A stretch of 64,000 nucleotides of DNA from Octopus vulgaris (GCA_951406725.2 OX597831.1:61628001-61692000), one strand, 5' to 3'; counted from the first letter of the stretch, positions 22,335 to 35,395 are shown. The notes: generated from the letters alone by a model not told the origin. Numbers and translations are program-made.

Positions 22335-22555
22335 CCCTTTAGTGTTCGCATTATTCTGCCAAAATTAATCCATTTTTATCCACATCGTTTTGAACTAATC
22401 CTGCATTATCTTGTAGCTATGAGATTTTGATGAGGTAGATGTTAATTTTTAAAACAATATTGTAGGGTTGGTGTGAGAGACCAGATCTGGCCAGTTTGAA
22501 TGTAAAACAGGCAGAATGCTTTTGGCTGGATATGGCCGGTTTAAATGTTAAAGGG
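22335..22555. mobile_element. piggyBac-type MITE
   Basis: CCCTTTAG...TAAAGGG termini with TTAT/TTAA flanks. Related copies at 49704 and 57273. Confidence 0.8.
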
Positions 22556-22622
22556 TTAAAGTAGGCAGCATGCTGAGCCTACTACCCAAGTTCTCTGAGG
22601 AAAAAAAAACAAGCATTCATTC

Positions 22623-23044
22623 AGATCTTTTCAGTTTGAACGGCAGTTTTTTCTAGCAGTGTCATATGAAATTGTCACCCATAATTATGACCCTAGTATC
22701 GAACTATTGCATTTCAATCAGTTTTAGAGTTAGAGTTAGGGTTAGGGGTGAGGGGAAGGGTATCTTTTTTCTTCAGAAATGTAAATAAATCCAATCTGTT
22801 TCTTAAATGAGGGACATATTCATATGGCACAGAATATTTTCACCTCAATAGACATCATTGATTGGTTGAAATTGCAGAAATTGAAGAAAAAAAACAACAA
22901 ATATCTTACTAACTATAGAATTTTCTCAATAAAGCCAAGAGAAAAAGATGTTTTATAAACACATTCTACCAGTATACGAAGTTTAAAAGTGTTCAGTTAA
23001 GTGTAAATTATTTTAAAAAACTGTCGTTCAAACAGAAAAGATCC
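22623..23044. mobile_element. MITE with GGATC-type TIRs, 8-bp TSD and internal TTAGGG repeats (Merlin-like)
   Basis: TIR (G/A)GATCTTTTC(G/A)GTTTGAACGGCAGTTTTT; TSD ATTCATTC on both sides. Confidence 0.85.
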
Positions 23045-23398
23045 ATTCATTCTTGACTGGATTTGTACACAGAAATACAGACAGACAGAACTAAAATACT
23101 ATGGAAATATTTTCAGTAATACCGCTGTGTATTTTTCGACATGCAGAACGTAGTTAAGTGCAGGCTAGCAACTTTAAAACAGTGAACCAAAGAAAATATA
23201 TTAACCAGCAAATCAAAATTGTGCCCATAACGAAAAGGATAATCATTAGAATTGATGAGAATTTTGAAATATAAGATAAGGAGTTAAAATCTAAAATTCC
23301 AATTAGTAAACAATGAAATAGTGGAGAATGCAAGACAGTGAATGTAGCTATTGGCAGTTGCAGAATATTAGGCATTAGCTCAGTTCTCTACTATTTCT

Positions 23399-23813
23399 TA
23401 TTTCTTTATTGCCCACCAGGGGCTACTCTCAGAGGAGACAAACAAGGACAGACAAATGGATTAAGTCGATTATATCGACCTCAATGCATAACTGGTACTT
23501 ATTTAATTGACCCTGAAAGGATAAAAGGCAAAATCGACCTTGGCAGAATCTGAACTCAGAACGTTGTGGCAGACTAAATACCTATTTCTTTACTACCCAC
23601 AAGGGGCTATACACAGAGAGGACAAACAAGGACAGACAAATGGATTAAGTCGATTATATCGACCTCAGTGCATAACTGGCACTTATCTAATTGACCCTGA
23701 AAGGATGAAAGGCAAAATCAACCTTGGTGGAATCTGAACTCAGAATATAGCAGCAGACTAAATACCGATAAGCATTTTGCCCGGCATGCTAACATTCCTG
23801 CTGGCTCACCACC
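23399..23813 (-). mobile_element. SINE family B tandem array (two units)
   Basis: TSD TCAGTTCTCTA(C/T)TATTTCT (23380-23398 / 23815-23833). Confidence 0.9.
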
Positions 23814-24004
23814 TTCAGTTCTCTATTATTTCTGCTAACCTCTTGCCTTGGTTTGTTTGTCCTTGTGTCTCTTTTTCCATGCTAACATGGGTTTAGCAGA
23901 TGTATTACTGAAGCATTGTTTAACAGGTGAATACATTTCTTTTCTCTAAACTGAAGCTCTTTTTTCAAGTATAGTATCTCTTATTCCACATTTCTTTAAA
24001 GGTG

Positions 24005-24635
24005 CAAAGATAGGTTGATCTATTGACAGATGTTCAAATTTACAAGATACTCAGTATAACAGGAAAATACAATATCAATGAAGATATAGAGAGACTATAC
24101 TTCCCATGCAAGGATGGTGGCCATGGTCTCAAATCTCTGTCTATGTCATATGAATAACTTATTGTGACACTGAAGCAATATCTACAGCAGAGGAAAGAGG
24201 CCAGTAACTATCTTGCCCAAATTTGCGACCATGGTATCAACAACATAATTACAATAGCTAATGAAGTTGAGTGGGGGAGGGTTAAGAAATAAGGGCTGAG
24301 ACAGATCTCTCCCTAAGGAGCATTGACAAAAATAGTTGATCAAAAGAATAAAATAAAAAACATGAAAAGCACAAGCCAAAAAAGGAAGGGATAATATCAA
24401 AAGCTTGGCATGGATTACTGACAAGTTTATGACATCCCACTTCGTAGTTTCCCTCTATGAAATTAAAGAACAAGAGATCCCTACCATGTGCCTACAACAA
24501 TAAAGGCAGAAAACATTGACAACCAACAAATGTAGACTGAAAACATCAATAACATTATTGCCAACTGTGAGAGAATGTTTTCTAGATATTATTTTTGCAT
24601 AAAACATGATATGATGGCCAGAACAGTCTGGAACA
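24005..24635 (+). mobile_element. R2-group (Dong/R4-like) non-LTR retrotransposon relic
   Basis: DIERLYFPCKDGGHGLKSL resembles DVDRLYLPRKEGGRGL. KEQEIPT...NKCRL...NIIANC...KHDMMARTVW resembles the CCHC knuckle and the RHD motif preceding the restriction-like endonuclease. Confidence 0.7.
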
Positions 24636-24699
24636 GGATAACAAAAATAAATAAATAAATATCAAGACTGATGGGTCAAAAGAATTTGATAAATAAAAT

Positions 24700-24943
24700 A
24701 AATGCGCCCTTTTAAAGCCCAGCCAGGCTCATGGGCCCTGTTTCCCGGTTTCAATGGTGTATGTGTTCCCCAACTGGACGGGACGCCAGTCCATCGCAGC
24801 GTTATTTTTGCCAGCTGAGTGGACTGGAGCAACGTGAAATGAAGTGTTTGGCTGAAGAACACAATGCGTCGCCCGGTCCAGGAATCGAAACCACATCTTA
24901 CGATCATCATACTGACACCCTAACCACTAAGCCACGCATCTCC
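24700..24943 (-). mobile_element. SINE family G (second body type + family D tail)
   Basis: tRNA head, body ...CACTTCATTTCACGTTGCTCCAGTCCACTCAGCTG, tail CTGCGATGGACTGGCGTCCCGTCCAG...GAAACCGGGAAAC; CAAAAGAAT repeated on both flanks. Confidence 0.85.
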
Positions 24944-25058
24944 ACCAAAAGAATATTGTTGAACTTAAAAATTAAAATAGCTACCATGTTAAAATACAAC
25001 TGTCCAGTTATTGTTGTCTGGGTCCATCTTTCCACACATATATATACATACATATATA

Positions 25059-25622
25059 CAGTAATGCCTTGATATACGAGTTAATTTGGTCTTGGAGACT
25101 GCTCATAAAGCTAAAACTCATAAAGCAGAGCAGTAATTTCCCATAGTAGCAATGTTATAAATTGTAATTGGTTATCAGAAAAATATTTTACCAATAAAAT
25201 TTATAATAGTCGTAAATGAATGGCAATAAAATACCAGGAGAAAGACGAAAATATTGTATGTAAAGGAAAAGGAATGTCAAGATCATTTATAATAAAAAAT
25301 ATTATTATTATTATTATCGTTTTCTGAATCACTTTCACTCACAGTAGACTCGCACACATCATCACTTGTAGACACGAACATCAATTCACAAGCACTCATA
25401 GATGAACTTGTAGATTACTTTTAAATACACAAGTCTAAAGTTGTTTGCTTAGAAGAAGCATTTTTTTCACTCTCTATAAATTTCTCAGTAACAGGCAGAA
25501 GCATTTGTTATGGCAGTAGAAACTTTTGCACTTCGTTCGAAATTTGGATCTTGTACTTGAAAAATAAAACTTGTTAACCCAGGGTCTTGTAAAGCAGGTC
25601 CTTGTAGCATGAGGTATTACTG
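25059..25622. mobile_element. Tc1/pogo (Tigger-like) MITE
   Basis: TA-flanked imperfect TIRs CAGTAATGCCTTGATATACGAG / CTTGTAGCATGAGGTATTACTG. Confidence 0.7.
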
Positions 25623-25797
25623 TATATGACTGGCAACTTTCAGGTCCTGACTATCAAATCCAGTCACTTACCCATGATGTTGTGCTGAAGGACTTCGGCC
25701 TTCCTAAAAACAACATAGATCCAGGTGGATGAGGCACCAAATTTTAGGTTCCTTGGTGATCTTAATGTCATGCTACAAACATTGTTATGCATCCATT

Positions 25798-26081
25798 TGT
25801 TTGTTCCTTCATAATGGCCGGTTTCCCGGTTTCCTGGTGTATAGGTTACCCACCTGGATGGGACGCCAGTCTGTCGCAGGTGAGCTGCAAGATGCAGGAG
25901 GGAAGAGTGAGAGAAAGTTGTGGCGAACGAATCAGCAGAAGTTTCGCCATTACCTTCTGCTGGAGCCGCATGGAGCTTAGGTGTTTTCACTCATAAACAC
26001 ACACATCGCTCAGTCTGAGATTCAAACCCGTGATCCCTCAACCGTGAGTCCACTGCTCTAACCACTAGGCCATGTGCCCCC
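25798..26081 (-). mobile_element. SINE family D
   Basis: 11-bp TSD ATGCATCCATT (25787-25797 / 26084-26094). Confidence 0.9.
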
Positions 26082-26402
26082 ACATGCATCCATTACCAAA
26101 CTGTACTTGCCTTGTGCTGTCATTCACATTAATTCTTACTAATTTTGTATTGTTGTGGAAGAAATCACCATGGATGCACTGCCTGCAACTGCTTACCTGA
26201 CTTCAAGTAGCTCATTTTTCATTCTTAATTTGTTTCTAATACTTTCAGTGAATAAAAGCTAGCCATCTGAAATTGAAAATATTGCCATATTAAGAAAACA
26301 TTACCAGGAAAAGGAAGAAAAAGAACAGAAACCAGCAGAATACAATTCGATATTTATGTTTATTTTATCAAAGGTGCAACAGCAAAATTATTATTATTAT
26401 CT

Positions 26403-26433
<31 letters not shown>

Positions 26434-26446
26434 GTGTGTGTCCGTG

Positions 26447-26517
<71 letters not shown>

Positions 26518-26558
26518 GCATGTGTGTATATATATACATGCATACATATATATATATA
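26403..26558 (+). repeat. (TA)n/(TG)n compound microsatellite
   Basis: Direct reading of the sequence. Confidence 0.95.
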
Positions 26559-26884
26559 TTGTTTTTTCAATTTGCTTATTTTAATATAGGAAATAATTCC
26601 TGGTATGAATAATCCTTAATTATTTCTACATATCTGAAAATATGAGAAGCTTTATAGAAGAGAAATTAATCTTTTCAATTAACTATTGGGAGAACAATGT
26701 TTTATAATTGCAGAATGTTTCCTTTAGAAATTATATGGTTTTAAACAGAATGATATACTTTTATAAGATAAGACATAAAGTTCTGTCTTTTTTTACTTTC
26801 TTTTACTGTTTGGTTTCATAGTGATTTAATAACACTGACAAAATCTTTTCAGCATCTAACAGAGTGAAAATTACAAAAGAGATG

Positions 26885-26949
26885 TAGTGTATGTGTATGT
26901 ATGTGAGTGTGTATATATGTATATATATATGTATATATATATGTGTGTA

Positions 26950-26981
<32 letters not shown>

Positions 26982-27066
26982 CATATATACATATATATAT
27001 ATGTATGCATATATGTATATATATATATATATATATATACATATATACATATATATATATGTATGC

Positions 27067-27097
<31 letters not shown>

Positions 27098-27225
27098 CAT
27101 GCATACATATACATATATATGTATATATATATATATATATACATATTTATATATATATGTATGTATATATATATATTATGTATGTATGTATGTTTGTATA
27201 TATACATGTATATGCATACATATAA
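26885..27225 (+). repeat. Long (TA)n-rich compound microsatellite
   Basis: Direct reading of the sequence. Confidence 0.95.
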
Positions 27226-28454
27226 ATAACTTCTGTCATTTGGTTGCATCCTATTATTTCATGAGTTCAAATTGACTTTGCTTTCATCCTTCTGATGTCG
27301 GTAAAATAAACAAACACCCAGGGAATATCGGCAACAATTTAATCAACAATTCTCTTGAAGTGTAATGACTGAAACTATACAATGAAACACATCAAGATAT
27401 TGTTGTGTTCACATCATAGCCAAACATGGGTAGTACAATGCGGAAGATCTGATCTGTGGAGGCATTACAGAAATGAAGTAGTAACGTCTATAATTGAAGG
27501 AGATGGCGATAGTCTCTATTGGTGACAGTTAGTCATAGGAGAATTAGATAACTCTAAATTCTCTAAGGAGTGACTTATCAAACTTTTCAATCTCTTATTC
27601 TTTTGCTACTTTGAGACCAATCTGGCAACGGTTTCGCTATTTTTCTTCTCATATTCAGATTAAGTATAAGAATTCAAGGTGTCAAATTCTTCACCTCATA
27701 TGTCGACTGAACTCATAAAATTCTTATATAAACTAACCCTTCTATTAACAGATATGTAATAATTCATATGTTTACTGTATAATATCTAGCCATGTGAAAC
27801 GGGGATCTCACATGCCCTGAGAGTATAGCTAGTTATTGGTTATGACAACCAAAGTGTGAAAGCCAGAAAATTGCATTGGTCTCTCTGGAAATGTGATACT
27901 CGTGATAATAGTTCTTAGGCACAGGTCATCATTCATCAAACACACAGAAGATCAAAGCCATTCTAGCCTTGAGCATTGTTTTCTTCAAGGGCTATGAATA
28001 ACTTATTATTTAATGCCACATTTCTTGCTCTTGTTATCCTTACTGTGGCACTACTCTAGCCATTTTCCCACTCCTTTCAACCAAGATCAGCAATTCTTTG
28101 GAATTCTTCCTTTGCCTATAGTTTTATTCTGCAGCCACTTCTGAAATTCTCATGCTTCATGAAGAGCTTATGAAGGCTCAGGGTTCACACCTTTGCTTTG
28201 TAAGAAACCATGAAATAGAGGATGGTATAGACTGATTTAAGAAAATTGCATGACTCTTAGATATATCATATATATAGATGATGTTTACTGAGCCAAAAAA
28301 AAAAATTGATCTCTACATGAGAGACCAAGGAAGATGTGAAAATATGTAGAGGGGCCAAAAACAGAGAAGAGACAATGAAAGGCCAGAAGGACTGGCAATA
28401 TCTGTAGATCAGATCTCATGCAGCCCATGCCAACATGGAAATTCTGATAGAACA

Positions 28455-28735
28455 TTGATGATGATGAGGATTATGATGATGATGATGACGACGATGACGA
28501 CGACGACGATGATGATGATGGTGACGACGATGACGACGACGACGATGACGATGCCAAAAACGATGATGAGGATGATGATGATGATGAGGTGGTGGTGGTG
28601 GTAGAGGAGGCAGAAGAGGAGGCAGAAGTGGAGGGGTCAGCAGCAACAATGATGATGATGATTATGACAATGATGGTGCGGATGATAATTGGGATAGTGA
28701 TGATGATGATGAAAATGACGACGACGACAGTGATA
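28455..28735 (+). repeat. (GAT/GAC/GGT)n compound trinucleotide repeat grown from an RTE-type tail
   Basis: Preceded by CCCATGCCAACATGGAAA, a remnant of the RTE-type 3' end. Confidence 0.9.
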
Positions 28736-29259
28736 AATTTCATCATCTCTTACAGTTGGCAATGTATTTTTGTCAAATATTGCGATTATACTTCAGCTTG
28801 GATTCAAGTGCGGCTTAATGGTTCTGAATAGCAGTTTCCATACTTGGGAAGTATTATATATGTTTCAGCGGACTGCATTCACAATCAAATGGTTTAATTC
28901 AATTAATGTCAAAGTATTATCAATGAACTGATAATTAAAACAAGTTTATTGATGAGTGAAATGAAATGGACAGGCAATTAGAATAGCAATGGAAATAAGA
29001 AGCATAAAGGGAACTTTCACAGAGCAACTACAAACTCCGTTACCACCAAGTCAAATACAGCATCAATGTGTAGAGACGAGGTAGCGGGGAAGGGGGGACA
29101 AGTGGATTAGTTGTTTATTCTTCAAAGACAGGGATTCAGGTTTGATCTTATGATTGGTAAATTGGGCGAGAATGTTTTCTTTTTCTATAGTCTTGAATTG
29201 ACGGAAATTTATCTTGTAAGTGAAATTCAGTGGCAAAAGGAATAACTCGAACTTCTGTT

Positions 29260-29430
29260 ATCATCATCATCATTTAACATCCATTTTCCATGCTGGCATG
29301 GGTTGGATGGTTTTTACAAGAGCTGGTAAGGTGAGGGGCCACAGCAGGCTCCATTGTCTGTCCTGGCATGGTTTCTGTTGTTGGATATCCTTCCTAATGC
29401 CAGCCACACCATAGAGCATACAGGGTACTT
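29260..29430 (-). mobile_element. Diverged RTE-tailed repeat
   Basis: (CAT)n TTTAACATCCATTTTCCATGCTGGCATGGGTTGGA is the reverse complement of the tail at 8940-9000. Confidence 0.7.
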
Positions 29431-30051
29431 TGAACATGTTATGTGTGTGTGTGTGTGTGTTTGCATTTATTGTTGTAAAAATGGTGCATAGAGTTACTTC
29501 CCTTCACGCCAGTGGTTCCCAATCTGGGTCCATATAAGCCTCATGGGTCCATATAAGATTTTTGGGGATAAATAAAATACATAAGTATTATTCAATGCCA
29601 TATTTCTTGCTCTTGTTACCCTTATTGTGGCACTACTCTAGCCATTTTCCCAACCTTTCAACTAATATCAGCAATTCTTTGGAATTTTTCCTTCGCCCAT
29701 AGTTTTTTCTGCAGCCACTTTTTACATAAGTAAAATAGAAAATGTTCGAGTCTTTTTCACAATAGTATTTTGAAGATCTATGACAAAACTTTGCTTAACC
29801 CTTTGAACTCTAACCCCATGCAGGAATTGAATGCCCCACCCTAAGCTCCTAGCAAGTTTCACTGAAAATGTTAAATTTTAGAATATATGCTGAAACACAT
29901 GTTTCTTTCTCAAGACAAGGGTACAAAATGGTGGAAAATGATAGAATACAATATGTTCAAGTCTCTTTCACTAATTTATCTCCAGCACTGCACTTTGTTG
30001 TGCCAATTGTTCCAGCAGTTTGATCTCAATGTAACCATTTGCACTGTCTGT

Positions 30052-30360
30052 GGAGGCACATGGCCTAGTGGTTAGAGCAGCGGACTTGAAGTCGAGAGAT
30101 CACGGGTTCGAATCTCAGACTGGGCAATGCGTGTGTTTATGAGCAAAACACCTAAGCTCCACGCGGCTCCAGCAGAAGGTAATGGCAAAACTTCTGCAGA
30201 CTCTTTCGCCACAACTTTCTCTCACTCTTTCCTCCTGCATCATGCAGCTTACCTGTGACGGACCGGTGTCCTGTCCAGATGGGGAACCTATATGCCAAGG
30301 AAACCAGGAAACTGACCCTTATGAGCCAGACTTGGCTCGAGAAGGAACAAACAAACAAAA
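30052..30360 (+). mobile_element. SINE family D inside the piggyBac
   Basis: 16-bp TSD CATTTGCACTGTCTGT (30036-30051 / 30361-30376). Confidence 0.92.
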
Positions 30361-30749
30361 CATTTGCACTGTCTGTTAACAAGAATGTCTTCAAGCCCAA
30401 ACGGATGGGTTTGTATTTAATGTATCACTTTATGGATAATGTGTTTTTGGTCAGAATCATGCCTTTATCTAAAGATAACTCACATTCAGGCACAAGATGT
30501 TTTTTGAAGCCTTAGCAAGATATAATTAATAATTGGCCGTGACTTATATGTTTTGTCTTTCTGATGATTAGGATCATCGTCGTCAACACATTGTAACATT
30601 GACCATATAGCTAAAACACCTGTTCCTTACCATGACCTGCCCAAATCCTGGAGTTGAAGCCAAAAAGCCAGCTTTTGTACACCAGTACTGTTCATACCTA
30701 TCCTTATGAATTAACATCTCTATGGTAACTCTACAACCAAAGATGGCCT

Positions 30750-31169
30750 TTCTCTTTTACTTTACTCTTTTACTCTTTTACTTGTTTCAGTCATTTGACT
30801 GTGGCCATGCTGGAGCGCTGCCTTTAGTCAATCAAATTGACCCCAAGACTTATTCTTTGTAAGACTAGTACTTATTCTATCGGCTTCTTTTGCCAAACCA
30901 CTAAGTTACGGAGATATAAACACACCACTATCAGTTGTCAAGCAATGTTGGGGGACAAACACAGACCCACAAACATATACACACACACATACATATATGT
31001 ATACATATATACAACAGGTTTCTTTCAGTTTCTGTTTACCAAATCCCCTCACAAGGCTTTGGTTGGCCCGAGGCTATAGTAGAAGACACTTGCCTAAGGT
31101 GCCAGGCAGTGGGACTTATCCCAGAACCATGTAGTTGGTAAGCAAGCTACTTACCACACAGCCACTCCT
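30750..31169 (-). mobile_element. SINE family A
   Basis: Full head, core and tail match. Confidence 0.9.
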
Positions 31170-31177
31170 ACATCTAT

Positions 31178-31373
31178 GGAGATGGAAGGAGAGGTAGGCC
31201 TAAGAACTCGTGGTGGAGATCAACACAAAAGGAACTAGAGAAAAGGGGACATTCATGGCAGAGTATAAGTACAGAAGCTAAAAGTTATGCGACATGGAAT
31301 TCAACTATCAGTGGCCTATACTCTGCATTGGAGGGTTAAAGGCATAAAGAAGAAGAAGATAAAGAAGAAGAAG
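31178..31373 (+). mobile_element. RTE-clade LINE 3' end with (GAA)n tail
   Basis: GDGRRGRPKNSWWRSTQKELEKRGHSWQSISTEAKSYATWNSTISGLYS matches the RTE C-terminus pattern RGRPKNTWRR. Confidence 0.8.
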
Positions 31374-31539
31374 TAACAAAATGAAGACATGTGGAGTGCC
31401 GGTAGACCACAGTTTCTGGAATATATGGCCTTGGTGTAGTGCAAATGTACTCGCATTTTGGGTTTTAAGGGTTAAGATCTGTTTATTGCAAAAAACAGCT
31501 AAGTTTCTGTTTTGAACATTTCATTTAGTTCAATATTCA

Positions 31540-31948
31540 TTTACTCATTTACTCATTTACTTGTTTCAGTCATTTGACCGTGGCCATGCTGGAGCACTGC
31601 CTTTAGTTGAGGAAATCGACCCCAGGACTTATTCTTTGTAAGCCTAGTACTTATTCTATCAGACACTTTTGCCGAACCGCTAAGTTACGGGAACGTAAAC
31701 ACACCAGCATCGGTTGTTAAGTAATGGGAGTGGGGGAGACAAACACAACACATAAACACACACACATATATATATACATATATATGACGGGCTTCTTTCA
31801 GTTTCCGTCTACCAAATCTGCTCACAAGGCTTTGGTCGGCCCGAGGCTATAGTAGAAGACACTTGCCCATGGTACCATGCAGTGGGACTGAACCTGGGAC
31901 CATGTGGTTGGTAAGCAAGCTACTTACCACAGAGCCACTCCTATGCCT
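31540..31948 (-). mobile_element. SINE family A
   Basis: Full head, core and tail match. Confidence 0.9.
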
Positions 31949-32249
31949 AAAAAAAAAATGAATTTCAAAGAAGTATCTATAACATTAGTTTTTCTAACAT
32001 CGAATGGCTATGTGGGTGCAGAGGTCTGCTTTACACTGAGATTGTGAAACTTTGCCATTCAGTAAATAGAGACTGATAACAAACAAGTGACTTACTACTG
32101 TAATCAATATAGTCAACTGAGAAGCCCCTGAATGCACTGTCTCAGCATAAATATGGTTCAATGAATGAAAATAGGAAAAGAATTAAGGCGAAGTTAAGAA
32201 TAAAGGCAGTTCAAACATTTTTATCTCACGACAATGATTTATCAGTAAA

Positions 32250-32452
32250 TGTGACTGTGATAGGAAGCTTGCTTCACAGCCACATAGTTCCAGGTTCAGT
32301 CCTTCTGTGTGGCACCATGGGCAAGAGTCTTCTACTTTAGATTTGGGCTGACCAAAGCCTAGTGAGTGGATTTCATAAACAAAAACTGAAAGAAATCTGC
32401 CGTGTGTTTGTGTGTGTGTGTATGTATTTATTTATTTATCTATATGTATTTC

Positions 32453-32503
<51 letters not shown>

Positions 32504-32720
32504 ACATATATGTATGTATATGTGTTTGTCCCAGACTACCACTGAACAACTGCCATTGGTATCTTTACATACCTGTAACTTAGCAGTTCAGCAAAAGAAA
32601 CCAATAGAATATGTTCTAGGCTTTACAAAAACTAATAAGTCCTAGGGTTGATAATTTCCACTAAAATTCTTCAAGGTAGTAACCCACCATGGCTGCAGTC
32701 ACATGACTGAAACAAATTAA
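32250..32720 (+). mobile_element. Older SINE family A copy
   Basis: Diverged head, core, internal (TA)n and the tail GCAGTCACATGACTGAAACAA. Confidence 0.8.
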
Positions 32721-32739
32721 TAATGGAAAATAAAAGATA

Positions 32740-32770
<31 letters not shown>

Positions 32771-33235
32771 CATGCATGCACGTGTATGTGTGTGTGTGTG
32801 TATAGGCTTATAATCTATGCTGTATCCCCATGATGTATATTTGCATATTCCAGTTATTCAAAGTATATCCTTAGATACTATGATCCATATGTGAATTACT
32901 TGTGAAACATTTATTATAGTTTTTCCACATGTATACTGAAGTAGCTCCTATTGGTAAAGAAACATATGTCGGATGGAATAAAAAATACCAAAATTTTCCA
33001 GTTTACTGTTTATACATACACACACATGCACATTCAAATAAGTGACAACAATGGTGAAATATCAATGTCTGTCACTCTGAGAAGGGACCTGTGTGAGTTG
33101 TCTCACTTGACTATGACTTACTTTCAAGTTGTTTTTACACCAGGTGCATAGAGAATATATACTGTTATGACTAACGACCGCTGCTGACCCATGAACCAAA
33201 ACTACACATATCTTGTGTATGTGTTTGATTTTGCT

Positions 33236-34040
<805 letters not shown>

Positions 34041-34458
34041 TATGAGACTGAGTTGAAAGGATATCAATCGCTATTTTGCCAGAATATTTTATCTGTAGCT
34101 CTTTGTTGTTTTGACAACAAAGAGAGCTAACTTGTTTTAATTCTCTCACCTGTTTTGACATGATACAATCATGACTGCCAACATTAGCAGCAACAGCAGC
34201 AGCAGCAACAGAGCAAACACTTCCAATCACCACTATCACCACCACCACCACCACACCATCAAGGGTACCATCACAGCAACAAGCAATGTGATAATGAATG
34301 TTTTTTTTGTTTTTGATTTTAACCTAAGCTTTTTAAACATTTATCCAGGTTTCATTGTCATCCCTTTGGAACAGCAACCGTTAACTTTCTAGAAAGCAGA
34401 ATGGACATACTGGCTATTTCAAGAAATACAGAAATAAAGGCCACTTTCTTCTATCATA

Positions 34459-34651
34459 CATTATTTACATTATTTACATTATTTACATTCGACGGATATT
34501 TGTCAAAACACCTGATGAAGGCTAGAGTGTATATCAGCTGAAACATTGCGTTAACAACAAACAATATGAGGACCAATATCCGTCGAATGTAAATAATGTG
34601 AACAATGTAAATAATGTACATAATTCCTCATCTCTTAAATATAGAACTTTA
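34459..34651 (+). mobile_element. Short Penelope-like fold-back insertion with a hammerhead motif and TSD
   Basis: Inverted arms at about 34457-34504 / 34571-34618; 13-bp TSD TTCTTCTATCATA (34446-34458 / 34652-34664). Confidence 0.8.
34507..34552 (+). ncRNA. Minimal hammerhead ribozyme motif (slightly decayed)
   Basis: AACAC-CTGATGA-a-GGCT-agagtgtatatc-AGCT-GAAA-CA-TT-GCGTT. Core boxes are intact; stem I AACAC/GCGTT has one mismatch. Confidence 0.6.
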
Positions 34652-35053
34652 TTCTTCTATCATAGTCCAACATTTCTCATGGCACCTGTAGGAAAAATGG
34701 AAACAGCATTGCCCCAGAGGATAGTGAGGGAGATGTTCTGGAACAGCCATTCTGACTCACAGAGTTAGCACTTGCACTCAATAATTTCTGCTCTGATAGT
34801 GGTGAACAGGGATGTGGTCTGGGGGCCAAGAATGCTGGAGGTCTCAAATGCCACAAGCTTGACCTTAAACCTATCAGAGAGTGGCTGTAACACAGCAGCT
34901 TTTAATATGTGCACCAAAATTTACAAACCCCTCATATAAACCTCTAGCTAGCTCAAAAGCAACAAAACTGGCCCAGGATGAAATCTGATAAGAAACTTAG
35001 CTCTTGATTTACTGAACGATTTTCATTGTGATCCAGCACCGAACAACAAGCCT

Positions 35054-35091
35054 TAGCACTATGTCCCGGCAACGCCGGGTCATAGTGCTAG
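35054..35091 (+). mobile_element. Helitron 3' hairpin/terminus
   Basis: TAGCACTATGTCCCGGCAACGCCGGGTCATAGTGCTAG|T, the same terminus as the element at 17561. Confidence 0.75.
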
Positions 35092-35164
35092 TCTCTGTTA
35101 ATACACACAGCAAAAAGGTTCTCTGAACTGGCTTCATTAGTATTTCTATATTTCTAGTTTCATA

Positions 35165-35362
35165 TTTCTCTTTTACTTTTTTTTTATACTTTCTTTACTC
35201 TTTTACTTGTTTCAGTCATTTGACTGCGGCCATGCTTGAGCACCGCCTTTAGTTGACCAAATCGACCCCAGCACTTATTCTATTGTTCTCTTTTTCCGAA
35301 CTGCTTAGTTACGGGGGCGCAAACACACCAGCATCAGTTGTCAAACAATGCTGGGGGGACAA

Positions 35363-35395
<33 letters not shown>

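Larger units (their letters stand above)
29799..31471 (-). mobile_element. Internally deleted piggyBac element with transposase remnants
   Basis: TTAA|CCCTT...AAGGG|TTAA termini. The minus strand at about 30030-30745 reads EQYWCTK...STPGFGQVMVRNR/FLAIWSMLQCVD...DKTYKSRPIINY...VPECELSLDKGM..K..LSIK*YIKYKPIRLGLKTFLLTDSANGY, which is piggyBac (PGBD4-like) transposase. Confidence 0.85.
29510..32020. mobile_element. hAT MITE (family of 2941-3289) fragmented by nested insertions
   Basis: TIR CAGTGGTTCCCAA at 29510. Pieces colinear with the reverse complement of the first copy lie at 29510-29570, 29725-29798, 31476-31537 and 31950-32020. Confidence 0.65.

Noticed and set aside
22728-22748. Telomere or chromosome-fusion scar
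   Set aside because: Only 2-3 TTAGGG-like units, located inside a MITE present three times in the window.
27360-28200. Possible decayed gag/ORF1-like coding relic
   Set aside because: Only a faint resemblance and no motif I can defend; needs BLASTX.
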